Positions 9,701 to 17,985 of a stretch of DNA of 64,000 nucleotides are shown one piece after another (the stretch's first letter is position 1; each line of letters opens with the position of its first letter). Location: positions 45,094 through 109,093 of the forward strand of contig JAXHVH010000003.1 in the NCBI GenBank assembly GCA_034189085.1, given 5' to 3'. The position numbers were made by a program, and so were the translations under genes. The notes beneath the pieces were generated by a model. It worked only from the letters and a program-made list of their open reading frames with translations, was not told the origin of the DNA and did not search any database. Origin of the DNA: Bacillota bacterium. Its GTDB lineage: Bacteria > Bacillota > Dethiobacteria > DTU022.

Positions 9701-11356
9701 ATGAAAGAAGAATTCAAAACATGCGATGTACTTGTAGTCGGCGGCGGAGTAGCAGGAATGATGGCTGCCATAAGGGCTGCAGAAGGAGGAGCCAAAGTTA
9801 TTGTTGCGGAAAAAGCGAACACTATTCGAAGTGGTTCTGCCATGATGGGAGTTGATCATTTCCGCAGTTATATACCAGAATACCACGGTGATTTTAGCGA
9901 ATTTAAAAAAGCGTTGGGAAAGGGCCAGGATGCTGCTTCTTTTGCAACGAAAAGCACCGAGTATCTGAAAACGGTATTTGAAAATTCGGCATTGCTGGTA
10001 AAAAAATGGGAAGAATGGGGTATCCCCATTAAATATCATGGGAAGTACCATTTTGCAGGGCACACGTTTCCGGGCGATGATCCCAAAATGGGCGGATGGC
10101 TTAAAATTTCTGGAATGAATATTAAGCCGGTTCTTACAGAGCAAAGCTTGAACCGTAGTGTGGAAATAGTAAATCGGGTGATGGTTTTTGACCTGCTGAA
10201 AAATAAAGATAATAAAGTGGTCGGGGCTATGGCTTTACACACGAGAGAAAATATAATGGTCATTTTTGAGGCTAATGCAGTTATTTTATCTACCGGTTGT
10301 GTAACAGGCCTGTATCCCAATCCTACTCGAGCAGGTTATTTCAACACCTGCTATCCTTTTTTACATTCCGGCGATGGAAGAATTATGGCTTATAGAGCGG
10401 GAGCTGAACTGGCAGATTTAGAATTGACCAGGCGTCACGCGGGGCCGAAATATTTAATCAAGGCCGGGCAAGCGTCATGGGTTGGGGTTTTAAGAGATCG
10501 CGAAGGCAACACGGTTGGACCCTTTCTGGATAAGCCTGATGCGCGTTATGGTGATATGACTGTCGAAGTTAATAAGGAGATTTTTGAGGAATACAGGAAC
10601 CAGGGTAAAGGTCCGATTTACATGGATATGAGTGGTATTACGGATAAAGATTATGAAGAGATGCTTCATTACTTAAGCAATCAATCCGGCACTGCCTTTT
10701 TGGAACACTTTAAACAAACGGGTGTCAATCTCAGGAATGCCGCTGTTGAATTTACCACTTTTGAACACGCTGTATCCAACGGGATCCAGTTCAATCACAG
10801 GGGTGAAACTGGAGTTAATGGTCTCTATGCCGCAGGGGATGAAAGCCGTGGAGGCCTTGGTTTGGCGGCAACCATTGGTTGGAAAACGGGAGAGCATGTA
10901 GCTGAATCTGTTAGATCAATCAGTTCACCAGGTATCAGTGGAGCGGAATCTCTAATTGATGATAGCATTAGACTGGTTAAAGATATAAGAACCCGGGAAG
11001 TGGGTGCCTGCTGGCAAGAAGCCTATGCTGTTCTTCAACAAATTACCAATGATTATTGCGGTTCTGTGCGTTCACAATCAATTTTGGAGGCAGGATTGGA
11101 TTTCCTTGAGAAAATGAAGATCCGGACCAGAGACACCCTAAAAGCAAATGATGCGCATGAGTTAATGTATTGTATGCAGGCTTTGAACTTAATGGATCTT
11201 GCTGAATTATTATTTGTTGCTGCGCTTGATAGAAAAGAGACGAGGGCGTTGCATAAACGGCCGGACTACCCACTGACAAATCCACTGTTAACCGGCAAGA
11301 AACATATTATCAAACAAAAGAATGGCACACCGGTTACAGAGTGGCGTAATGTATAA
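9701..11356 (+). CDS. FAD-dependent oxidoreductase, AprA-like (SDH/FRD/APS-reductase flavoprotein superfamily), copy 1
   Basis: DVLVVGGGVAG dinucleotide fold; EKANTIRSG resembles AprA EKAxxxRSG; GLYAAGD; C-terminal RKETRALHKRPDYP. Confidence 0.85.
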   Translation: MKEEFKTCDVLVVGGGVAGMMAAIRAAEGGAKVIVAEKANTIRSGSAMMGVDHFRSYIPEYHGDFSEFKKALGKGQDAASFATKSTEYLKTVFENSALLVKKWEEWGIPIKYHGKYHFAGHTFPGDDPKMGGWLKISGMNIKPVLTEQSLNRSVEIVNRVMVFDLLKNKDNKVVGAMALHTRENIMVIFEANAVILSTGCVTGLYPNPTRAGYFNTCYPFLHSGDGRIMAYRAGAELADLELTRRHAGPKYLIKAGQASWVGVLRDREGNTVGPFLDKPDARYGDMTVEVNKEIFEEYRNQGKGPIYMDMSGITDKDYEEMLHYLSNQSGTAFLEHFKQTGVNLRNAAVEFTTFEHAVSNGIQFNHRGETGVNGLYAAGDESRGGLGLAATIGWKTGEHVAESVRSISSPGISGAESLIDDSIRLVKDIRTREVGACWQEAYAVLQQITNDYCGSVRSQSILEAGLDFLEKMKIRTRDTLKANDAHELMYCMQALNLMDLAELLFVAALDRKETRALHKRPDYPLTNPLLTGKKHIIKQKNGTPVTEWRNV

Positions 11357-11408
11357 AGAGAAAAATACTGATAATCAGGGTGTTAAAGGTTAGGAGGAGA
11401 TGTTTGTT

Positions 11409-11636
11409 ATGCCCCCGGTTATTAATACTAAATTATGTGATGGTTGTACAGGCAGGGAATACCAGATTTGTGTTGAGCACTGTCCATTTGATGTTTTTAA
11501 AAGTACGGAGATAGGGAAGCCGCCGTTAATTGCCAGGCCAAATGAATGCTGGTATGAGAATGCCTGTGTAATGGATTGTCCAAAGAGGGCCATAAATTTA
11601 CGGATCCCTTTACCAATGCATATCGTGGTGAAATAA
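11409..11636 (+). CDS. AprB-like ferredoxin, copy 1
   Basis: MPPVINTKLCDGCTGREYQICVEHCP mirrors AprB CDGCxxxxxTACxxxCP; second motif CWYENACVMDCP; SD AGGAGG favours ATG 11409 over 11400. Confidence 0.85.
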   Translation: MPPVINTKLCDGCTGREYQICVEHCPFDVFKSTEIGKPPLIARPNECWYENACVMDCPKRAINLRIPLPMHIVVK

Positions 11637-11878
11637 CGCTTCTCGAAAAATTAACGACCCGGTTATGGCTTCATTCTTTTTGGGCAAGAAGTTATATGAA
11701 AATCATTTTTCTTCACCGCCTGATAAGGAGCTGTAACTAGAGTCGCGACTTGGAAGGCTGATTATGCGCATTATAACGAAGAGGGATTAGAAGGTAATCT
11801 ATGTAAGGAGGTGTTCATCACCCCGCTACAAGCAAAATTGCTTTATTATGCATCAAAAAACTTGAGGAGGTATTTATT

Positions 11879-12919
11879 ATGAAGAAACGATTTTTGCTAA
11901 CATCCCTAATCCTTATTGTAGTTGCTGTGTTTGTGTTTACTTTAGGATGTGGGGGGACTGAAGAAAGTGTGGAAGAACCTGCAGAGGAATCTGCAGAAGA
12001 ATCTGCAGAAGAATCTTCCGAAGAGGTTACAGAAGAAGCAGGGGTTGACTTCCCGGAATCAGGCAGGGAGATACTCCAGTTGTGCCCGTTTGGTGCCGGC
12101 GGCGGTTTTGATACAACAGCACGCTATTTTGCGCAGCACCTTACAGAGGACCTGGGAGTTCCGGTAATCACGGAGAATAGAACTGGATCCGGTGGAATTA
12201 TCCCGTTGCTGGACATGCAGAAAACAGAACCGGATGGTTACACCCTGACATTTGTAGCCAGGGCTACTCACCCGCCGCAGCAAGCACTTCATGGTGCAGA
12301 TATTAGATTGGAAGATCTTACCTACATCGCTGGTGTCAAAGAAATTCCATATGTTTTATGTGTAAGTAAAGATTCAGATATTGAGACGTTAGATGATTTA
12401 AAAAATAAAGATTCCGTTGTTTTAGGCACCTCCGGTTCAGGGCATATCAGTGAAATAAGTGCTCATCAACTGGCCGACACTTTTGGCTTTGAGCTAAAGA
12501 AAATACCTTATGATGGGTTAGCTGCAGTAGGTGCCGCCATATTGTCCGGTGAAGTTGATATGGCTTTCTTAAGCGGGACTATCATTGAATCGCATAAAGA
12601 CAATTTAAGACTCCTGGCCATATTCACAGAGGAAAGATCAGATTACTTTGATGTCCCCACCATTGGAGAGCTGGGATATGATTTGTTTTTACCTGTTGAA
12701 ACAATGGGTTATGTCGGACCTCCAGGCATGGATGATGAAGTAGTGGAAATCCTGAGAAGCGCCTTAGAAAATGTCGTCAACAAAGAAGAAACACAGGAGT
12801 GGGCAGCAAGTTTAAAAGAAATAGTTAAGTATATCCCACCGGAGGAAGTGAAGGCGAGCAACCTGGAAGTTATAGAAATTTGTACTGAATATAAAGACTT
12901 GTTAATGGGAAGCGAATAA
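11879..12919 (+). CDS. tctC: Tripartite tricarboxylate transporter substrate-binding protein (TctC/Bug family), lipoprotein
   Basis: PFGAGGGFDTTAR, ENRTGSGG, DGYTL, PYDG motifs; lipobox LGC followed by acidic linker. Confidence 0.88.
   Translation: MKKRFLLTSLILIVVAVFVFTLGCGGTEESVEEPAEESAEESAEESSEEVTEEAGVDFPESGREILQLCPFGAGGGFDTTARYFAQHLTEDLGVPVITENRTGSGGIIPLLDMQKTEPDGYTLTFVARATHPPQQALHGADIRLEDLTYIAGVKEIPYVLCVSKDSDIETLDDLKNKDSVVLGTSGSGHISEISAHQLADTFGFELKKIPYDGLAAVGAAILSGEVDMAFLSGTIIESHKDNLRLLAIFTEERSDYFDVPTIGELGYDLFLPVETMGYVGPPGMDDEVVEILRSALENVVNKEETQEWAASLKEIVKYIPPEEVKASNLEVIEICTEYKDLLMGSE
11981..12016 (+). repeat. Three tandem copies of a 12-nt unit (GCAGARGAATCT, encoding AEES)
   Basis: gcagaggaatct gcagaagaatct gcagaagaatct in the TctC linker. 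Confidence 0.85.
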
Positions 12920-12945
12920 ACTAACCACAGGTTGCTGAACAAGTA

Positions 12946-13020
12946 AAATAGAGGGAATAATGAATACAGCATGAGACAGCCATTCAGCACATATAGAACA
13001 ATCCATTGTTCCCTCTATTT
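12946..13020 (+). other. Long-loop intergenic inverted repeat after tctC
   Basis: AAATAGAGGGAATAATG pairs with CATTGTTCCCTCTATTT (17 bp, one G-U pair). Confidence 0.6.
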
Positions 13021-13282
13021 CTTAAATATTTTATTGAAATATCTATTGCCGGTTGGGATTTCTTACCTGTTTTGCTGATCTAAATAAAGAGAATTGATTA
13101 TCGTGTAAACAGGGGGAAGGGTGAAAGATACATCCCCGGCGTTTAATTTTTGATATGAGCCTGGGCAGCGGGCGAATATTGTTTTACTGGATTGCTTGGC
13201 AGCTACATTATAACTGTCATGGGGAGAAAAGCTTTAAATTATTATTGTATTGCACATATCCTTTACCAAAGGAGAATGTAAT

Positions 13283-13747
13283 TTGACAAAGCAAAATATT
13301 CTGGGTGAATTAATTTTAAAATTAATATTGTTAATTTATGGTTTATATTATTTTATCGAGACAATAACCATGGACATATCCTATAATGCCAGGATATATC
13401 CCTTTATCATCAGCCTGGCTTTTAATATTTTAATGATCATGTTAACCTCGGAGGTATTCAAAAAATATTTGGAACAAGCGAAAAACGACAGGCAATCCTT
13501 CAAAATTATTACTCCGGAAGCAATAAAACTATTCAGTACTTATGCAGCAGGAATCTTATTAATAGCTTTAACATTACTGGTCAATTATTGGCTTGCCATT
13601 ATTGTCGCGTTGCCTCTATTGGCATATGTCTTGGAAGACAAGAAGTTTTCGCTTATTTCCTATGTGTTTCTTCCCGTGGGGATGATCATAATAGTCTATA
13701 TTATTTTTGTCAGGTTTTTAAGTGTAAGGTTGCCAGTTGGGTTCTAA
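13283..13747 (+). CDS. tctB: Tripartite tricarboxylate transporter small membrane subunit (TctB family)
   Basis: Four hydrophobic helices, ARIYP motif, C-terminal FVRFLSVRLPVG; between tctC and tctA; TTG 13283 after AAGGAG. Confidence 0.78.
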   Translation: MTKQNILGELILKLILLIYGLYYFIETITMDISYNARIYPFIISLAFNILMIMLTSEVFKKYLEQAKNDRQSFKIITPEAIKLFSTYAAGILLIALTLLVNYWLAIIVALPLLAYVLEDKKFSLISYVFLPVGMIIIVYIIFVRFLSVRLPVGF

Positions 13748-13835
13748 AGGATTTACCAGTATTTCTGGCATGAGTATGATTATATAAAAAGCTAAAGATT
13801 GTCATACATTTAATATGAAAGGAAATTTATGCCAT

Positions 13836-15308
13836 ATGGAGTATATCGAAGTAGGGATTTTTCTCTGGGTTGTCGTTGGACTGTTAATCGGTATTTTGGT
13901 TGGGGTTTTGCCCGGTTTGGGCGCCGCCACCGCTTTATCCCTCCTTGTGCCCCTGACCTACAAAATGGATACAAATATCGCTATCGCTTTTATTATGGGC
14001 GTTTTTGTAGGGGCAGTATATGGCAGTTCAATTACTTCTATTTTATTGAATATTCCGGGATCGGCAACATCTGTAGCCACGATGTTTGATGGGTATCCCT
14101 TAACGGTTAAAGGTTATTCTTTGACAGCACTTGGTGCATCGATTACCTCTTCTTCAATAGGTGGGATAGCCGGAGCTTTATTTCTGATGTTTGTTAGCCG
14201 CTACATTGCCAATTTTTTTATGCATAACATGGATTCACCGTCTTATTTTTGGATCATTATGATTGCCCTTTCCTGTCTTATTACAGCTATAGGGAAAGAT
14301 CGTACCATTGGGTTTGCATCAGCTTTGTTCGGGCTGATGGTTGGCACGATCGGGATGGATATGATGTCCTTTAATTATCGATATAATTTTGGCAGTTTTT
14401 ACATGGGTGATGGTATACCTATGGTTCCTTTAATATTGGGAATCTACGCATTATCCCATATCATGACATTATCCCAAAGAGAAGTGGGCGAATCCATATC
14501 GAAAAGCGTGCAAATGCATGGCAGTTTATGGGAAGGGGCCAAGCAAACTCTTATTAATTGGGTCCTGGTCATAAGATCCATTATTATTGGTGCAGTAATC
14601 GGTGTCTTCCCGGGGATAGGAGGGGCCACTGCTAATTTAGTTGCTTACTATAATGCTAAAAGCAAATATAACCAGGATGATACATTTGGTAAAGGTGATA
14701 TTCGGGGTGTAATTGCTGCTGAAGCATGCAATAATGCAACGGTGGCATCAACTTTAGTCCCAACATTTACACTGGGAATTCCGGGTGGAATCCCAGCGGC
14801 GATTCTTTTAAGTATACTTATGATTCACGGGTTGACGCCCGGGCCTACTTTGTTTACTGAGAATGTAGATTTTGTTAATCAGACCTTTGTAACTGTTTTA
14901 ATTGCCAATCTTATACTGTTCCCCATTGCTATTTTAACCCTCAGATTCTTTGCCAGAATCACGACGGTGAAAATAAGCATCTTGGTACCATTCCTATTGG
15001 TTTTTGTTGTTTATGGAGTTTATGGGCTGCAGCGGTCCCTTTATGATGTGATCATAGTATTTGTTTTTGGGTTGATCGGTTATTTATTTAATAAATACAA
15101 TATACCAATTGTCCCATTTCTCATATCTTATCTGTTAGGCCCTATGTTTGAAGTAAGTTTGAGGAGATCATTAAGAGCTGGCGATGATATTTTCATCCTG
15201 GTATCAAAGCCTTTTCACATTGTTCTGGCCATCATAGCCCTTTTGCTTATTGTTGGGCCGCCACTTTACAATTTATTTGTTAAAAAACCGTTAATAAAGC
15301 AAGCTTGA
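13836..15308 (+). CDS. tctA: Tripartite tricarboxylate transporter large membrane subunit (TctA family)
   Basis: GVLPGLG, NIPGSATSVATMFDGYP, AAEACNNA, PTFTLGIPG, HGLTPGP motifs. Confidence 0.93.
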   Translation: MEYIEVGIFLWVVVGLLIGILVGVLPGLGAATALSLLVPLTYKMDTNIAIAFIMGVFVGAVYGSSITSILLNIPGSATSVATMFDGYPLTVKGYSLTALGASITSSSIGGIAGALFLMFVSRYIANFFMHNMDSPSYFWIIMIALSCLITAIGKDRTIGFASALFGLMVGTIGMDMMSFNYRYNFGSFYMGDGIPMVPLILGIYALSHIMTLSQREVGESISKSVQMHGSLWEGAKQTLINWVLVIRSIIIGAVIGVFPGIGGATANLVAYYNAKSKYNQDDTFGKGDIRGVIAAEACNNATVASTLVPTFTLGIPGGIPAAILLSILMIHGLTPGPTLFTENVDFVNQTFVTVLIANLILFPIAILTLRFFARITTVKISILVPFLLVFVVYGVYGLQRSLYDVIIVFVFGLIGYLFNKYNIPIVPFLISYLLGPMFEVSLRRSLRAGDDIFILVSKPFHIVLAIIALLLIVGPPLYNLFVKKPLIKQA

Positions 15309-15367
15309 AATTGTGATAATGGATGGCCAGCCACAATACTAAACAGGACTGGGAGGTTAATATCATA

Positions 15368-16066
15368 TTGAGAAAAAATATTGAACTTGTCAATAAACTT
15401 GTCCAGTCGTGCCATATACTCTCAATGGAGGGGCACAATGATATTATTCTGGGCCATGTAAGCGCGCGTATTCCCGAATCGGAAAGTGCGTTAATTAAAT
15501 CAAGCGGGAAAGCCCTGTGGGAAGTTACACCAGATGATGTTATCGCTATTGACTTCGAGGGCACTATAATCGACGGAAATAAAAAGTGTCATAAAGAATA
15601 CCCGATTCATACAGAAGTATACCGTCTCCGGGATGAAATCAATTGTGTTATTCATACTCATCCTTTTTATAGTACCATCATTTCTGCTGCTGGCATAAGC
15701 ATTAAGCCGGTTAGTAACGAAGGAACCATTTTTTTAGACACGCCAATATTTACAGATACTACAGAGTTAATCCAAACTTCTGAACAAGGTGTAGCAGTGG
15801 CAAAGAAGATGGGGAATAATTATGCGCTGCTGTTGCAAAATCATGGGATAGTTGTGGCGGGGAGAACTATAGAGGAGGCCACAATTTTTGCTGTAAGGTT
15901 AGAAAAGGCAGCCAGGGCACAGTATTTCATAGAAGCGCTTGGATCCTACAACTACACCAATGAAGATGAATGCAAGAGAAAAATTGAGCAAACATATGAT
16001 CACAAGCAGATCCAGAATTTTTGGGATTATTATTTAAGAAAATTAAATACCGGGAGATTCACTTAA
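15368..16066 (+). CDS. Class II aldolase/adducin family protein (aldolase, epimerase or decarboxylase)
   Basis: GHVSARIP, E-x-PIH, VIHTHP, LLQNHG metal ligands; TTG 15368 after GGGAGG (ORF track start 15323). Confidence 0.88.
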   Translation: MRKNIELVNKLVQSCHILSMEGHNDIILGHVSARIPESESALIKSSGKALWEVTPDDVIAIDFEGTIIDGNKKCHKEYPIHTEVYRLRDEINCVIHTHPFYSTIISAAGISIKPVSNEGTIFLDTPIFTDTTELIQTSEQGVAVAKKMGNNYALLLQNHGIVVAGRTIEEATIFAVRLEKAARAQYFIEALGSYNYTNEDECKRKIEQTYDHKQIQNFWDYYLRKLNTGRFT

Positions 16067-16218
16067 GATGAGTGATTTCCGTTACTCGATGAATCCAATT
16101 GTTATTATGATAGGCATAAAATAAATGGCGCAGGGTAGACTTTGTCAAATCCAAAGAGGTCAGGATTGGTAATATTCTAGAATTACGCATTAATATTTTA
16201 AATAAAGGATGGTATTTA

Positions 16219-16323
16219 ATGGATAAGCCAAGGTTTTCAATGGAAGAAGATTATTTTGCATGTTTACTATCAGCAATTATAGTTATTCTTTGCATGATTG
16301 GAATTTTCCCAAGTTTACCCTAA
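16219..16323 (+). CDS. Small membrane peptide, 34 aa (MDKPRFSMEEDYFACLLSAIIVILCMIGIFPSLP), absent from the ORF track
   Basis: SD-like AAAGGATGG upstream, single hydrophobic helix, 59 nt before the YeiH gene. Confidence 0.55.
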   Translation: MDKPRFSMEEDYFACLLSAIIVILCMIGIFPSLP

Positions 16324-16382
16324 ATTAAATATTTCTATATTGGCAGTTGCTAATTTATGGAGTTAGACAAGGAGATGCAGCT

Positions 16383-17429
16383 ATGGCGAAATTACCTCCA
16401 CAGAAATACAATAGTTGGTCACAGTATTTTTTAAACATACTGCCGGGTTTCTTGCTGGCACTGGTGGGAGCTGTTTTCGTTTGGTCCCTGGTAAGCGTGA
16501 CGCCGCCGAGCTGGCCGGTTAATTATGTCCTTTATTCTATAGTCCTGGGGATGGTTTTGAGGAACGTTGTAAAACTTCCTGTTATTTTTAAGGAAGGCCT
16601 GGGATTTTCAGCTAAGATTCTCTTATTCATGGGTGTTATATTTTTAGGTGGGACAATAGATATTTCAGTTATTATTGCTACCGGTCCACATGCTATAATC
16701 CTTGCAATTATAGCGGTCACTTCAATGATTACACTTTCTTATGTGTTGGGCAGGTTTATTGGACTGCCGGAAGATTCTAAAGCACTGCTGGGCATTGGAA
16801 TGGGCGTATGCGGAGTATCAGCAATTGTTGCGTTAACCCCGGTTATCAAGGCTAAAGAAAGATACATATTAACTGCGATTGTTGCTTCTTTGTTAAACAG
16901 TGTCATCCTTCTTTTTACAATTCCTATCCTGGTTCACTGGATTTCTATGCCAGAGTTACTGGCTGGCTATTGGAGCGGGGCAATATCATCCAACACAGCG
17001 CAGGCAATTGCTACCGGCTTTGCTATTGGTGAAGAAGCAGGAACAATAGCAACGATCACCAAAACAGCTCGTAATGCTTTAATGGCATTTGCCATCCTTT
17101 ATTTTGCCTATTCATACACACGAAAAGGATTACCCATTGGAGTGAAGCTGCGACCTTTATTGATCTGGGAAAAATTCCCTAAATTTATTTTTGGCTTGAT
17201 AATTATGTCACTATTATCGACATTTGGTTTGTTCACAGCGGAAGTGATGGCACAGTTTAAAGATCTTTCGCGGTGGTTTTTTATGATCTGTTTTGTGGGA
17301 ATGGGTTATGAAATTAGTTTTCGTGATTTTAAATTAAATGATTTTAAACCTGTTTTATTTGGTCTATTTTTATCGCTGATTCTGGCAGTAGTTGCCTATC
17401 TTTATATTAATCTGTTTATTCATGTATAG
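16383..17429 (+). CDS. YeiH / putative sulfate exporter (PSE, UPF0324) family membrane protein
   Basis: GMGVCGVSAIVA, TITKTARNAL, FPKFIFG motifs; ~10 TM helices; ATG 16383 after AAGGAG; ends in TAG. Confidence 0.85.
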   Translation: MAKLPPQKYNSWSQYFLNILPGFLLALVGAVFVWSLVSVTPPSWPVNYVLYSIVLGMVLRNVVKLPVIFKEGLGFSAKILLFMGVIFLGGTIDISVIIATGPHAIILAIIAVTSMITLSYVLGRFIGLPEDSKALLGIGMGVCGVSAIVALTPVIKAKERYILTAIVASLLNSVILLFTIPILVHWISMPELLAGYWSGAISSNTAQAIATGFAIGEEAGTIATITKTARNALMAFAILYFAYSYTRKGLPIGVKLRPLLIWEKFPKFIFGLIIMSLLSTFGLFTAEVMAQFKDLSRWFFMICFVGMGYEISFRDFKLNDFKPVLFGLFLSLILAVVAYLYINLFIHV

Positions 17430-17563
17430 CAGCATCAAGGATTGAGGCTACGCTAACAAAATTCATGAAGTATAGACGTAGATTATCTGATACTTACTCA
17501 TTTTTACTGCCGGGCGGGTTTTTACAAACCGGGTAATGCCAGCAAACCATGCAATCAGTCGAT

Positions 17564-17611
17564 TATTGAATTGTGTTATAACTGGTATTACTTTTTGCAA
17601 AAAGGATTGTT
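17564..17611 (+). promoter_or_regulatory. Promoter/operator repeat copy 2, upstream of flavoprotein module 2
   Basis: 41/48 nt identical to 9364-9411; TTGAAT-17bp-TACTTT plus TTTTTGCAAAAA. Confidence 0.65.
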
Positions 17612-17722
17612 GTTTATTTTTTAGAAGTAAATATCAGTTTAAACGAAAGTCCCAAAATAGGCAAAGATACAAAATTGATAAATATAGTACTCAAATATAT
17701 AAATCAGCAGGAGGTTTGTGCA

Positions 17723-17935
17723 ATGATTAAAGAGATTGATCATTCTGGATGTATCAAGTGCGGATTATGTGCCAAATTTTGCCCCGGCAATGTTATCTCA
17801 ATGAATCCATCAGATGGATTGCCTTATATAGAGCACCCTGATGATTGCTGGAATTGTTTCAATTGTGAGCTTATCTGCCCGGTTAATGTCATTTATGTAG
17901 GGCCCTACAGGAAAGAAAAGCCTCTGGCATGGTAA
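17723..17935 (+). CDS. 2x[4Fe-4S] ferredoxin, AprB-like, copy 2
   Basis: CIKCGLCAKFCP and CWNCFNCELICP; ATG 17723 after GGAGG. Confidence 0.9.
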   Translation: MIKEIDHSGCIKCGLCAKFCPGNVISMNPSDGLPYIEHPDDCWNCFNCELICPVNVIYVGPYRKEKPLAW

Positions 17936-17985
17936 GCAAAAAACTATGGATAATAAATAATTACATAAAACGGAGGAACCAATAA

